Below are positions 1-14,500 of a stretch of 64,000 nucleotides of DNA, in pieces (positions within the stretch are counted from its first letter, which is position 1; each line of letters starts with the position of its first letter). The DNA comes from Macrostomum lignano (taxonomy: Eukaryota). A program made the translations under genes and the position numbers. A model generated the notes under the pieces. It saw nothing but the letters and a program-made list of their open reading frames with translations, had not been told where the DNA came from and searched no databases. The stretch covers positions 99,347 to 163,346 of the forward strand of contig NIVC01002941.1 in the NCBI GenBank assembly GCA_002269645.1. Direction: 5' to 3'.

Positions 1-261
1 GCATAAGGTGAAAGGGGGGACACTTCCGCACTTTGAGCGCGTGCAGGGAAGCTCACATTAAATGGGGATATGCAATGAAGCAATAGATTTACTGTATTGC
101 ATTTTTTTAATATTTCGCATAGGATAAATATTGCCGCATGGTTGCGGGCTTTTGCCAGAAAGTGTAAGGATAAATAAAGAGAGCAAAAGTGCTGAACTAA
201 TGAAACACATTGGATAAATACAAATCGTGCACTATACATGAGCACTGAGACTATTCAAAAT

Positions 262-548
262 GTACATTGCTTTTACCCTGAAGCATAAGGAAAAGTACAA
301 AACTGACTGCTTTTGAACCCCAAGCCTAAGGAAAGTACAAAATTGATTGCTTTTGACCCTCAAGCATAAGGAAAAGTACAAAATTGATTGCTTTTGACCC
401 TCAAGCATAAGGAAAAGTACAAAACTGATTGCTTTTGACCCTCAAGCATAAGGAAAAGTACAAAACTGATTGCTTTTGACCCTCAAGCATAAGGAAAAAT
501 ACAAAATTGATTGCTTTTGACCCTCAAGCATAAGGAAAGTACAAAATT
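262..548. repeat. 41-bp tandem repeat (AAGCATAAGGAAAAGTACAAAATTGATTGCTTTTGACCCTC), about 7 copies
   Basis: Unit read directly; copies differ by a few substitutions. Confidence 0.9.
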
Positions 549-579
549 GAATGGAAAATTACAATTGACACCTGCTTTT

Positions 580-1010
580 ATCCTGAAAGCATAAGGAGAA
601 ATTCAATTTCTTTTCACAAGAATTTTGCATTTCACAAAATTGACTACTACTAGTAATGCGCATCGAAAGTTAGCAACTTGGCGCAACATATCCTGAAAGC
701 ATAAGGAGAAATTGAATGGGAAATTATAGCAAATTGAACCGCAAAATTAAAAAATTCTGCTTTCAGCACAGAAAAGGTACAGAGAAGGCTTACATCAATT
801 TAAAACCTCAGAAATGCATTTCACAAAATTGACTACTACTAGTAATGCGCATCAAAAGTTAGCAACTTGGCGCAACATATCCTGAAAGCATAAGGAGAAA
901 TTGAATGGGAAATTATAGCAAATTGAACCGCAAAATTAAAAAATTCTGCTTTCAGCACAGAAAAGGTACAGAGAAGGCTTACATCAATTTAAAACCTCAG
1001 AAATGCATTT
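580..1010. repeat. Tandem duplication of a ~189-bp unit, about 2.3 copies
   Basis: CATTTCACAAAATTGACTACTACTAGTAATGCGCATC occurs at ~628 and ~817; ATCCTGAAAGCATAAGGAGAA occurs at ~580, ~689 and ~878. Confidence 0.85.
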
Positions 1011-1249
1011 CGCATTTCTGAGGTTAAATTACAGCGCCGATGTCAGGCAGATCTAGGTCGCCTTCAAGCAGCACTTCCGGATAGTGCAGGCTTGGCTCAA
1101 ACAATTGGCTGCCATGCTGGTCAGGCTGAGCTGCGACTGGCTGTTCTAGAGCAGGCTGTTCGGCTGAATCATCTTTGCTTTTGTCACTCAACTCGTAGGG
1201 CAGCATTGGCCGCTCTGTTTGGTGCGGCGGCTCCTGCAGTCGGTCTGCC

Positions 1250-1795
1250 ATCATCTGTGGCACCTTTGATTATGTTGTTGCAATGTACTAACATTTTGGC
1301 TAGACATCCATGTTGGGCTGTTGCAGGCTAGATCCAGTAGGCTACCTTGCCGACCTTTCTGTTGACCTTGTACATGCTCTTGTATGGCCAATGAAACTTT
1401 GGTAGCTTGCCCAACTCGAGCTTCGGGTTGGCCAGGCAGACCAGATCTCCGGGCTGCAATTCCACGGGCTTAGGTCAGTTCTCGTAATTGGCCCAGGGCA
1501 AGTATGGCAGCTTTGTTGTTTGTTGAATGCCATAGACTTCGCAGAAATGTCGAAACTCATGCCCCATAAACTGCTTGCCTTGGTCTAAATGGATCCACAT
1601 GGGGATTCCGGTGATTGGGAAGACTTGCTCTTGCAGGAGAGTTATTATCATCTTGGCACTCTGATTTTTCATGGCAAAGGCAAAGGGGTACTTCGATGTA
1701 GTATTGACATAGGTGAGAATGTATTTGTTACCTTGGTTTATCAATAATAATAATAATATTTTGGATATTAGAGTAGATGAGTTGTCAAACACCTT
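1250..1795 (-). mobile_element. Degenerate Ty3/Gypsy LTR-retrotransposon integrase remnant
   Basis: ORF 1475-1792 has rve-core motifs (GNKYILT..., GIPMWIHLDQGKQF...FC...GI...PYLPWAN). A different frame directly downstream reads ELQPGDLVCLANPKLELGKLPKFHWPYKSMYKVNRKVGKVAYWI*, resembling the GPY/F module. Frameshift, stops and an internal deletion indicate decay. Confidence 0.75.
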
Positions 1796-3544
1796 TTGCA
1801 GTCTTTTCTAGCATCATAGTATGATACTTAGGTCATGTACATAAGCAGTGATGGGCACCACTAAATTTATTTTTAGTGCCGCTAATTAGTGCTATTGCTA
1901 ACTGATAAAAGAAAAAAAAATTGCAATTGCTAATAGTGGTAGCCATTTCTACTTTGAATTTAGTGCAATTAGTGCCACTAATTTTGAAATACACTAATTA
2001 ATAAGTACATTTAATATAAACTGCCATTTCATATATATTTAGGCATTTTTGCATATTTTTAACTCACGTTTTAAATGAATATGTTAATAATGCTATTGCT
2101 AATAATTTGTTTTTATTATCAATCCTAATAAAAAATTCTCAAGCTGCTGAACTGTCAGAGCAACAGTTGGTAGAAAGAGTTCCTAAATTACAATGCTGTT
2201 TGCCTTAAAAATGTCAAGGGCCCTTGCTACCATGGCCATGACCTTTTTATACACAAGAAGAAAAGCATGATCATCAGCTTCAAATGGTGGTATGGGATTT
2301 ATTAACCCCACCATCACCCTGTTGATATAGCATGTTGCTTCACATCATTGTTTAGAATATCAACTGAGTTGAACGTTGAAGTCTGATTAAATTATTAAAT
2401 CTAGTATTCTAGTATGCATTTTATCTTCAAGACTATAGGCTACATATTATCTATCAAACCTAACTAGGGCATTTTTGTCAATTTTGCTAGGCTATTTTGC
2501 TATATATGTCAATGTTGGACCTAAAAATTATATAAACTAAATATTAGCCAAGGTTCTTTCAAAAAGGCATAAATATGCTAGAATTTTTCAGCATAAAGGC
2601 TATCTTCTGGATTATATATTTAATCAAGGTTTATTGACTATTTCAAGCAAGCAAAAAGCATTTCAACTATATAAAATGTATTTAATCCTTTTTGAAATAT
2701 TAATGATATAGCTCTTTACTATAAAATAATGATTCTATATTTATTATATTGTCTACAGAACTGTTATTATAACATGGCTATAATTATTCTCAGATAGCAA
2801 ATATCTTAAGCCTTTATTATAGACATTATACCCAAGCTAAAGATATAAAAATAATTCTAAACTAAATAAGTCAGTTTGGCATGAATCTAATCATGTACCA
2901 TAGCACTTGGGCAAACTATATAGCCAACTATGTAAGTTAATAACATATTTATAAATAAAAATCTTTATATATCTGATCTAATTTTTTTAAAGTTGAAAGA
3001 CTTTTAAATTAAATTAAAGCAATTGACAATGAACAAATAGAACAGGAAAGAAATTATGGAAAATATATAAGCTAAATGTATATATTTGTACAATGAAAAA
3101 ATAAGGTATATATAGTACAAAATATTAATTATTATAAAGTATTTATGTCTAAAATAACTTAGTCTTTATCATTTGTTCTATATATAAAAAATTGCTAGAG
3201 GGTTATAAGCACATTTTGAACTGTCTTTGGTGACATTGTCATATAAATAATAATGAGACAATCCTGTCTATTTTGCTAATATAGGCATTTATTAATGTGC
3301 CAATACTGTATATAGGTACTCCCTTATACGGACATAGTATACAATGGCCTTGATTTTTTAATTATCAGGCATGTACACTCTCTACTTTGAAAGTTGGCCT
3401 TGCCCTCCTAATAGGGTACAAATTACCCCTGGCCAATTTTTGTTTACAAGCCCCAAATTAATGTGCAATACAGAATTGACCTAAGCATTATCACAAGATA
3501 CAGCTGCATTTATATTAATTTATGCTAAACTTAGTTTAGGCATA

Positions 3545-3792
3545 GGGGCTGTAGCCCAGTGTTCTAGCTTGGCACTCTGATGACCCACCCAGACTCACAT
3601 TAATTTGGGGCTAAATTCGAATCTTGGCTTAGCTCTGCTTGTATAATCAACACTTTTGAGGCCCAACTCCCAAGGCACAGTGAAGTGTACATGCCTAACG
3701 ATAATTAGAATCAGGGCCGCTGTACACTCCTGTGTGAGTGTGTGCCTGCGTACGTATCCGCGCGCTTGTGTGCCTGCTCAGGGGAGTCGGCG
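3545..3792 (+). mobile_element. tRNA-derived SINE, copy 1 (diverged, B-box lost)
   Basis: Aligns by eye with the reverse complement of 50838-51118 (shared TCACATTAATTTGGGGCTAAAT, CACAGTGAAGTGTACATG, GGGCCGCTGTACACTCCTGTGTGAGTGTGTGCCTG, GCTTGTGTGCCTGCTCAGGGG). Starts GGGGCTGTAGCCCAGTG, which is A-box-like. Confidence 0.65.
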
Positions 3793-3917
3793 GAATGGGC
3801 AGCAATGCCTCTTGCCAGTTGTGACAATATTGCTTCAAGTGCACCAGGGTGCCCACAGCTTAAATGCCATTTGAAATCTTTACAAAAACTCAAATTAACA
3901 ATTTATCCATACTTTAG

Positions 3918-4097
3918 TTTCTTCCATGGCCAAATGGACCAGCTGACGGCTGACGAGTTGCTAAATCAGTATGAGCCCGACAACTATTACCTAGTTCGAG
4001 AGAGGGTCATTACTGAGTCATCTGAGAAACCTGATGAGCAGTTCTGTATATCTTTGCATACCAGAGTGAATGGGCAGCCAAAGAAAGTTCATTTTAG
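3918..4097 (+). CDS. RASA1: RASA1-like exon: first part of the N-terminal SH2 (FFHGQMD...YLVRE...VHFR)
   Basis: TACTTTAG acceptor and AG|GTAAGT donor; SH2 FLVRE-like motif. Confidence 0.85.
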
Positions 4098-7000
4098 GTA
4101 AGTTAATTAAATATTAATTTTGAAATCACCTGAAAATTCTTTTAGTCTATCTTGTTGTTGTCATTTTGCAATGCCATTGGATTTATCTTGCTGTCATTTT
4201 GCAATGCCATTGGATTTATCTTGCTGTCATTTTGCAATGCCATTGGATCTATCTTGCTGTCATTTTGCAATGCCATTGGATCTATCTTGCTGTCATTTTG
4301 CAATGCCATTGGATCTATCTTGCTGTCATTTTGCAATGCCATTGGATCTATCTTGCTGTCATTTTGCAATGCCATTGGATCTATCTTGCTGTCATTTTGC
4401 AATGCCATTAGATCTATCTTGCTGTCATTTTGCAATGCTATTAGATCTATCTTGCTGTCATTTTGCAATGCTATTAGATCTATCTTGCTGTCATTTTGCA
4501 ATGCCATTGGATCTATCTTGCTGTCATTTTGCAATGCCATTAGATCTATCTTGCTGTCATTTTGCAATGCCATTAGATCTATCTTGCTGTCATTTTGCAA
4601 TGCTATTAGATCTATCTTGCTGTCATTTTGCAATGCCTGAGAGTGCAGAATGAGCATGAATGCTAGCTAGGAGGAGACTGCATTTGAGCATTGCGAGCAA
4701 CAGGCAAATATAGCACTGATGATGCGGTAGCCTATTTTTAGCATAATTTATTACTCTGCGCAGTTTAGAAAAATATAAATAAGTGTTAATTCTGGAGTCC
4801 CCGCTCTCCTCGCTGTACATTTACCGTTTCGTCACTTTCTAATCCTGGGCTTTTTTGTTCCTTGTTATTGTAAAAGGCATCAAATATCCAGATATTATCG
4901 AGTAAAGCTAGGCTAATTCCTTATCAAATTTGCCTTGCCAGAATACGACAGTCCTACGACCTGTGTGTTATTGGCGGTCTGGTGTTTCACTCGCTGTCTG
5001 AGCTGGTCACCTACTATACTCAGGTAATGATTTGATACTTTTGTGCTTGGTCTATTCATCAGTATTCTGTGTTCTTGAATTCTAACTACCTTCATTGCTT
5101 ACTGAGTCCTCTGTCTGTCTACCTCCCAGCTCTCGCCTCTCTCCCTCTAGCGCCCTGTTGGCCTCCTAGCACCATGTCTGCATTTCACTTCTCAGCTCTC
5201 TACCTCCCAGCTGTCACTTCTACCTCCCAGCTCTCCTCTGCCTCTCAGCTCTCCCCTACCTCTCAGCTCTCCCCTACCTCTCAGCTCTCCCCTACCTCTC
5301 AGCTCTCCGCTACCTCTCAGCTCTCCCCTACCTCTCAGCTCTCCCCTACCTCTCAGCTTTCCCCTACCTCCCAGCTCTCCCCTACCTCTCAGCTCTCCTC
5401 TGCCTCTCAGCTCTCCCCTACCTCTCAGCTCTCCCCTACCTCTCAGCTCTCCCCTACCTCTCAGCTTTCCCCTACCTCCCTGCTCTCCCCTACCTCTCAG
5501 CTTTCCCCTACCTCCCAGCTCTCCCCTACCTCTCAGCTTTCCCCTACCTCCCAGCTCTCCCCTACCTCTCAGCTCTCCCCTACCTCCCAGCTCTCCCCTA
5601 CCTCTCAGCTCTCCCCTACCTCTCAGCTTTCCCCTACCTCCCAGCTCAACCTCAACCTCTACCTCATAGCTCTCCTTATCTTCATCTCACCCTCTACATC
5701 CCATCTCACCCTCTACATCCCATCTCACCCTCTACATCCCGTCTCACCCTCTACCTCCTAGCTCTCTCTACCTCCCATCTCACACTGCCCCCCCCCATCT
5801 CACACTACCTCCCATCTCACCCTCTACCTCCCAGTTCTTCATGTCTACATTTCACATCTCACTCTCTACCTCTCAGCTCAGTTATACCTGTAACTCGCTC
5901 ACGCCACAAAACTTTGCCAGGTGGAAATCTACCCAGGCGGCCGGCTGGAGCACCCGATCCGGCCGAAGCACAGCTGTCCAAGCAATCGCTGCGTGATGGC
6001 CATCATGAACTATACGAAATCGGCTGGCACTGACGAGCTGTCGCTGACTGCTGGTGACGTGTGCCAGGTGCAGCACAAGAACCAAGACGGCTGGATGTGG
6101 GTGGCGCATGTCAAATCTGCTCAGAGCGGTTGGGTCTACGATGGAATGGTTGAGGACCTGGTGAGTGTTGCTATGGTCATAGGGAGCTATGCTTTCATCC
6201 CGGATCCCCTGAGGCCGAGGCTCTAGCGGTGGTCCCTGAATCCCTGAGGCTGAGGGGCTAGCGGTGGTCCCTGAATCCCTGAGGCTGAGGGGATAGCGGT
6301 GGTCCCTGAATCCCTGAGGCTGAGGGGCTAGCGGTGGTCCCTGAATCCCTGAGGCTGAGGGGATAGCGGTGGTCCCTGAATCCCTGAGGCTGAGGGGCTA
6401 GCGGTGGTCCCTGAATCCCTGAGGCTGAGGGGATAGCGGTGGTCCCTGAATCCCTGAGGCTGAGGGGCTAGCGGTGGTCCCTGAATCCCTGAGGCTGAGG
6501 GGATAGCGGTGGTCCCTGAATCCCTGAGGCTGAGGGGCTAGCGGTGGTCCCTGAATCCCTGAGGCTGAGGGGCTAGCGGTGGTCCCTGAATCCCTGAGGC
6601 TGAGGGGATAGCGGTGGTCCCTGAATCCCTGAGGCTGAGGGGATAGCGGTGGTCCCTGAATCCCTGAGGCTGAGGGCTAGCGGTGGTCCCTGAATCCCTG
6701 AGGCTGAGGGGATAGCGGTGGTCCCTGAATCCCTGAGGCTGAGGGGCTAGCGGTGGTCCCTGAATCCCTGAGGCTGAGGGGCTAGCGGTGGTCCCTGAAT
6801 CCCTGAGGCTGAGGGGATAGCGGTGGGTCCCAGAATACCTCAGGAAACTGTTACACTAAATGGGGGGAGTAGCGGTTGCCCCTTCATTTCTAATGTTAAG
6901 TCTATCGTTAAGGCGACAATTGAACTTCAGGTAGCAGTTATGAATGATTGTTGCACCATCATCTGCTAAACATACTGAGGTGTAAATGTTGTGTTCCATT

Positions 7001-7330
7001 TTTGTGTTGACGAGTCTTCATGCCAGTCAAAAGTTAGCAGTCTGGAGACAATTTAAAGAGTGCGTACGACTATGCAGTGCTTTGTTTCGGTGCGCGTGCA
7101 CCAGTTCTCTGTTTGACTCCGAGTCTCCGGTTTAATAGCTTCTTAGCCTGTACGCTCGCTCGTAGGCTGGGGCTGGGGTGCAAGGCAGTGGCGCTGGGGC
7201 CGCTGCGAAGCATGAAAATTTCTCAGTGCCTCCCGTGATTCTTTTATTTATCAGATTTTCTCCAATGGTGTCGCTTTGTTTACTCACCGCTTCGGTGACC
7301 AAATTAATCAGATAGATAGGTAGATAGATT

Positions 7331-7363
<33 letters not shown>

Positions 7364-7364
7364 G

Positions 7365-7451
<87 letters not shown>

Positions 7452-10400
7452 GTAGATAGATAGATAGATAGATAGATAGGTGGGTAGAAGGTCACCCTGT
7501 ACTTAGCCGGTAGAGACCGCCTGTCCGCTGCCTCCCTCACTATTTTACAGCTAACTCGTACTCAGCCTCTGATTGGTTGTCAAAACAGCGGGCCTGGAGG
7601 TTTCCCAGTTCTCCCCTCATCCCACAATGATAATTTCATTCAGGCGCATCCAGGACCCTGGGAATGACAACAGTGTCGCATCTTTTATATAACAGAAAAA
7701 AACTGACTCTGTTTACTTATTAAACGCTTCTGGCAACATTGAATGCCGGTAACATTAAGATTTTTTCTTTAAGTGTGAACCTTATCACATGACTGGCACA
7801 CATCATGCTTCATCTGTGTGTAAGTTTCTTAAATATTTAATTATAAACATTTCCCAACAGCTGTGACTCACTGAATGATCATCAAGGAATATCAGCTCAG
7901 TGACAATGACTCACTGAATGATCATCGATGAATATCAGCTCAGTGACAATGACTCACTGAATGATCATCAAGGAATATCAGCTCAGTGACAATGACTCAC
8001 TGAATGATCATCAAGGAATATCAGCTCAGTGACAATGACTCACTGAATGATCATCAAGGAATCATTAAGTGCAATTGAACGCCCTCATGTTTATCAGTGG
8101 ATAATCTTCCCATACGACAATTATACAGTTTCAATCTTTGTCTTCGTGTATTTGGCTAGTAGTAGGGTAAAATATATAAATGCAAGCAAATTAGTCATAT
8201 ACATTGGTATTTCCCATCTGCCTCCGCAGCCCCCGTGACCCTCCTGTAACCCGCCACCGAATCAATGTTGTTTAGTTGCATTAGTGGAATAGTGGAACGT
8301 GCTGCTTCGATCAAAAAATGTGTCCTAAGGTCAGAATATAAAAAATAAATAACTTAATATACCTTGCAAGATAAGGGAACTGGTGTTTGTGCGTGTGTTA
8401 TTTTCAAACCAGATTCCTATATTCCAGCATCTTGATATTGTAGCTTCATCATTCTCTTTGTGCGCCGAAATTTTCTGCTCTGTCCCTCCCTCACCTCTCA
8501 CTTCAGTGAACTTGTGTGGTTGACCTTTGTTTGTGTGAACTTTGATTGCTATAAATGAAAGAGCCAGGTCTTTATAGACTTAGTGGAGCCCAGTAAATCT
8601 TGAATTCCTTTCATCCCCATCGTATCCCATGAAGTTCCATCTTCAAAAGCAGTTTATTTGGAATTTTAGTTAATTTTAAGTTTTAGAAGGCGAAACATTT
8701 ATATACCTGACTTGTATTATGAATTCTATTTCTCTTGACATGTGCAGTCCCGCCTCAAATGGTCTTGAGGTTTACCTAAGAATATTTAGACTCAAATCAT
8801 TGAGAATGGGTATTCAGTCTCATTGTTAATCGGTGTTCAGTCTCATTGAGAATGGGCCTTCAATCTCATTGAGAATCGTCTTCAATATCATTGAGAATCG
8901 TCCTTAAATCGCATTGAGAATCGGTATGCAGTATCATCGAGAATGGGTATGCAATTTCATTGAGAATCGGTATGCAGTCTCATTGATAATCGGTATGCAG
9001 TCTCATTGAGAATCGGTATGCAGTCTCATTGAGAATCGGTATGCAGTCTCATTGAGAATCGGTATGCAGGCTCATTGAGAATCGGTATGCAGTCTCATTG
9101 AGAATCGGTATGCAGTCTCATTGAGAATCGGTATGCAGTCTCATTGAGAATCGGTATGCAGTCTCATTGAGAATCGGTATGCAGTCTCATTGAGAATCGG
9201 TATGCAGTCTCATTGAGAATCGGTATGCAGTCTCATTGAGAATCGGTATGCAGTCTCATTGAGAATCGGTATGCAGTCTCATTGAGAATCGGTATGCAGT
9301 CTCATTGAGAGTCGTCCTTTAATCTCATTGAGAGTAGTCCTTCAATCTCATTGAGAGTCGTCCTTCAATCTCATTGAGAGTCGTCCTTCAATCTCATTGA
9401 GAGTAGTCCTTCAATCTCATTGAGAGTCGTCCTTTAATCTCATTGAGAGTCGTCCTTTAATCTCATTGAGAGTCGTCCTTTAATCTCATTGAGAGTCGTC
9501 CTTCAATCTCATTGAGAGTAGTCCTTCAATCTCATTGAGAGTCGTCCTTTAATCTCATTGAGAGTCGTCCTTTAATCTCATTGAGAGTCGTCCTTCAATC
9601 TCATTGAGAGTAGTCCTTCAATCTCATTGAGAGTCGTCCTTTAATCTCATTGAGAGTCGTCCTTTAATCTCATTGAGAGTAGTCCTTCAATCTCATTGAG
9701 AGTCGTCCTTTAATCTCATTGAGAGTCGTCCTTTAATCTCATTGAGAGTCGTCCTTCAATCTCATTGAGAGTAGTCCTTCAATCTCATTGAGAGTCGTCC
9801 TTTAATCTCATTGAGAGTCGTCCTTTAATCTCATTGAGAGTCGTCCTTCAATCTCATTGAGAGTCGTCCTTCAATCTCATTGAGAGTAGTCCTTCAATCT
9901 CATTGAGAGTCGTCCTTCAATCTCATTGAGAGTCGTCCTTCAATCTCATTGAGAGTAGTCCTTTAATCTCATTGAGAGTCGTCCTTCAATCTCATTGAGA
10001 GTAGTCCTTTAATCTCATTGAGAGTCGTCCTTTAATCTCATTGAGAGTCGTCCTTTAATCTCATTGAGAGTCGTCCTTCAATCTCATTGAGAGTAGTCCT
10101 TTAATCTCATTGAGAGTAGTCCTTTAATCTCATTGAGAGTCGTCCTTCAATCTCATTGAGAGTAGTCCTTTAATCTCATTGAGAGTCGTCCTTTAATCTC
10201 ATTGAGAGTCGTCCTTTAATCTCATTGAGAGTCGTCCTTCAATCTCATTGAGAGTAGTCCTTTAATCTCATTGAGAGTAGTCCTTTAATCTCATTGAGAG
10301 TCGTCCTTTAATCTCATTGAGTGTCGTCCTTTAATCTCATTGAGAGTCGTCCTTCAATCTCATTGAGAGTAGTCCTTTAATCTCATTGAGAGTCGTCCTT

Positions 10401-11387
10401 CAATCTCATTGAGAGTCGTCCTTCAATCTCATTGAGAGTCGTCCTTTAATCTCATTGAGAGTCGTCCTTTAATCTCATTGAGAGTAGTCCTTCAATCTCA
10501 TTGAGAATCGTCCTTCAATCTCATTGAGAGTCGTCCTTCAATCTCATTGAGAGTCGTCCTTCAATCTCATTGAGAGTCGTCCTTCAATCTCATTAAGAAT
10601 CGTCCTTCAATCTCATTGAGAGTCGTCCTTCAATCTCATTTAGAATCGTCCTTCAATCTCATTGAGAGTCGTCCTTCAATCTCATTGAGAGTCGTCCTTC
10701 AATCTCATGAGAGTCGTCCTTTAATCGGTATTCAGTCTCATGAAGAATCGCATTGAGGCTGTCCATAAGAATCGCCCCATAAAATTTTTCTACTGACCTT
10801 TTCTGTTCTTTTTCATTTTCGGATCAGCAATCAGGAAATGCAGCAGCAATTTGGCTCGGTACTTGTAATGAAAGTCTCTACCAAGCGTTCTGAGTCATTG
10901 CTTTTTCTCTGTCCATATCTGAATTCTGGTAGATTTCTGCTTTTTGATTTTTTCCTTCCGCGTGCTCCCCCCCCCCATTAGCGCTCGTCTTTCCCGTTTA
11001 TTTTTGCTCAAACTCGAATCCACAACGCGGAAGCAAAAAAATGTCGAACTATTAAGGACGGAAGTTAAAATAGAAAGATTTTCTGGTGGAGAATTCTCCA
11101 AATCTTGTCGTTCATTTTTCCTGCCTATATAAGCGGCCTCTGTTGGGTCTGAGAATTGTCAGCCATCTTTTATTGAATAAAAGCCTGCTAAGCATGAGCT
11201 GGCCTCCATTGAGACTTGCTGATCTGTTTTCTAATTGGTGTCGCTCCATTCGGCAACAGGCTGCTCAGGTGCTCAATCAATTGCTGTCAGATTTTTGCAT
11301 TGGCTTCGCTTTGTAGATGTCAAGTGAATATTGAAAGTTTATAAACATCATTAGATAATAATCAAGACGGACACTAAGGCACAGGCC

Positions 11388-11485
<98 letters not shown>

Positions 11486-11514
11486 TAGACAGAGACACCG
11501 ACAGACAATAAAGC

Positions 11515-11547
<33 letters not shown>

Positions 11548-14500
11548 CAGAGAGAGAGAGAGTGTGTGTAAGACAGACACACAGTAAGACCGACAGGCTG
11601 GCAGACAGACGTACTAACACAGGCGTACAGGCGCAATGCACACAAAGACCTTGATATTTGCACGAAAAAAGACGCGCAGGTAAGCAGAGACGCATCAACG
11701 CTATCCCCATTGTGCCCGCAGAACTCACCCAACTACGACCCGGAGCTAGAGAGCTGCGAGTTCTACCATCCCAGCCACAGGGAGGAGCGCGTCGAGGAGC
11801 TGAAGAGCCGCCCAACCGGGACCTACTTCCTTCGGCCGAGCGCCAAGAGCCGCAGCGTGTCCGTGCTCTGCGTCAATTGTAACGACGCTATAAAAAAATT
11901 CGAAATCGAGAGAATCCCGGGCGGCTTCAATCTGTCCGGCAAAGCATTTCGCACTATTGACGAAGTCATCCAGCGCTACTCCGTTAAGTACATCGACGAG
12001 AAGAACGAGGTGAAGTTGCGCGAGCCGCTGCTCAGACGGAGTCACGCCGCATCCAACCTACCGCAGGAGGACATCTACGCTCCCAATCGGGCTTCATCAA
12101 CTCAGATTCGGGAGTGCCAGCTGGCCGCCGAGTTTCACTGCCTGTTCCCGAAGCGTCGGAGTCGGCAGCGGGCCTGGAAACGGCAGCGCTGCATTCTGCA
12201 TCGGCGGCAGGACGAGAATCACGAGGTGCTGATCACGTCCAGCTCGGAGGTTGGCAGGCAGCCGAAGGGCAAGCCAAAAGGCTTGATAGCGTTGGAGTTC
12301 GCTCACCTGTACCCTGTGTGCCACGGCGCTTATGACAGGCCGCACTGCCTGCAGTTGGTCATCTTCAATGAGGTGTCTGCGAATTCGACACCGCCTGATG
12401 TCTACGTGCTGGCGGCCGACTCGCAGGCTGTGCTGGCCGAGTGGCTGGCCGCTCTCAAGCCGCTGTGCAAGTGCAGCAAGGTGTGCAACCACGGCCAGAG
12501 GAGCGGGCACGTCAGGCATGTCAGCACGCTGGAGGTGAGCTGATTAGGTTTGTCGGATTTCTAGTGTGGGATTTCTAGTGTAGGGTTTCTAGGTTGGTGA
12601 TTTTTTGTGGGATTTTTAGTGTGGGTTTTTTAGTGTGGGATTTCTAGTTTGGGATTTCTAGTGTGGGATTTCTAGTTTTGGATTTTTAGTGTGGGATTTC
12701 TAGTGTGGAATTTCTAGTGTGGGATTTCTAGTGTGGGATTTCTAGAGTGAGATTTCTAGTGTGGGATTTTTAGTGTGGCATTTCTAATGTGGGATTTCTA
12801 GTTTGGGATTTTTAGTGTGGGATTTCTAGTTTGGGATTTCTAGTGTGGGATTTCTAGTGTGGGATTTCTAGAGTGGGATTTCTAGTGTGGGATTTCTAGT
12901 GTGGGATTTCTAGTGTGGGATTTCTAGAGTGAGATTTCTAGTGTGGGATTTCTAGTTTTGGATTTTTAGTGTGGCATTTCTAGTGTGGGATTTTTAGTGT
13001 GGGATTTCTAGTGTGGGAATTTTAGTGTGGGATTTCTAGTGTGGGATTTCTAGTGTGGGATTTCTAATGTGGGATTTCTAGTTTGGGATTTTTAGTGTGG
13101 GATTTGTAGTGTGGGATTTGTAGTGTGGGATTTCTAGTGTAGGATTTCTAGTTTGGGATTTCTAGTGTGGGGATTTTCAGTGTGAGCTTGCTGTTTAGGG
13201 TCATTATTTAGCTGCATGATGGCTACCTCCTGCCTGCGCCCATCCAGGTGGCCGTCAAAGGCGTCCGCAATCTCAACGTCAGCTGTAAGACCGCCTTCGT
13301 CGCGGTTCACTTTAACGGGGTTGTGGTGGCGAAGACCCGGTCCAACCGGCGGGAGCAGGACGATGACAGCGTGCTCAACTGGGACGAGCAATTTCACTTG
13401 TAAGTGCTTCTCATTTTACTTCTCTTTGTCTACCTCTGTATCTGCATTTTAATTTGATTTCCTCTGGCTATCACTCTGAATTTGGCACTCTCAATTGACT
13501 CTGTATATCCCTTTTTATTTACCTTTGTAGTCCACTTCTCTGCTTAGCGTCTGCCTCTTAATCTACCTCTCAGTCTACTTCTGTCTGGTAATTACTAATT
13601 AGTCTACTTTTCAGTCTACTTCTTCTGATAATTAGTCTACCTATCAGTCTACTCCTTTTTAGTCTACCTATCAGTCTACTTCTCCTTTTTAGTCTACTTC
13701 TCAGTCTACTTCTCTGTCTGGTAATTAGTCTACCTATCAGTCTACTTTCCTGTCTGGTATTAGTCTACTTCTCAGTCTACTTCTCTGTCTGGTATTAGTC
13801 TACTTCTCAGTCTACTTCTCTGTCTGGTAATTAGTCTACCTATCAGTCTACTTCTCTGTCTGGTATTAGTCTACTTCTCAGTCTACTTCTCTGTCTGGTA
13901 TTAGTCTACTTCTCAGTCTACTTCTCTGTCTGGTAATTAGTCTACCTATCAGTCTACTTCTCTGTCTGGTATTAGTCTACTTCTCAGTCTACTTCTCTGT
14001 CTGGTAATTAGTCTACCTATCAGTCTACTTCTCTGTCTGGTATTAGTCTACTTCTCAGTCTACTTCTCTGTCTGGTAATTAGTCTACCTATCAGTCTACT
14101 TCTCTGTCTGGTATTAGTCTACTTCTCAGTCTACTTCTCTGTCTGGTAATTAGTCTACCTATCAGTCTACTTCTCTGTCTGGTAATTAGTCTACCTATCA
14201 GTCTACTTTCCTGTCTGGTATTAGTCTACTTCTCAGTCTACTTCTCTGTCTGGTAATTAGTCTACCTATCAGTCTACTTCTCTGTCTGGTAATTAGTCTA
14301 CTTCTCAGTCTACTTCTCAGTCTGGTAATTAGTCTACTTCTGTCTGGTAATTAGTCTACTTCTTAGTCTACTTCTCTATCTGGTAATTAGTCTACTTCTC
14401 AGTCTACTTCTCAGTCTGGTAATTAGTCTACTTCTCAGTCTACTTCTCAGTCTGGTAATTAGTCTACTTCTGTTTGGTAATTAGTCTACCTATCAGTCTA

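Noticed and set aside
1250-1795. Integrase fragment as part of the Polinton
   Set aside because: It has a Gypsy-type GPY/F module, lies more than 50 kb from the Polinton and is degraded.
7862-8062. 43-bp partly palindromic repeat, and other 33-35-bp repeats, as possible CRISPR arrays
   Set aside because: Head-to-tail with no unique spacers, no cas genes, and a eukaryotic intron context.
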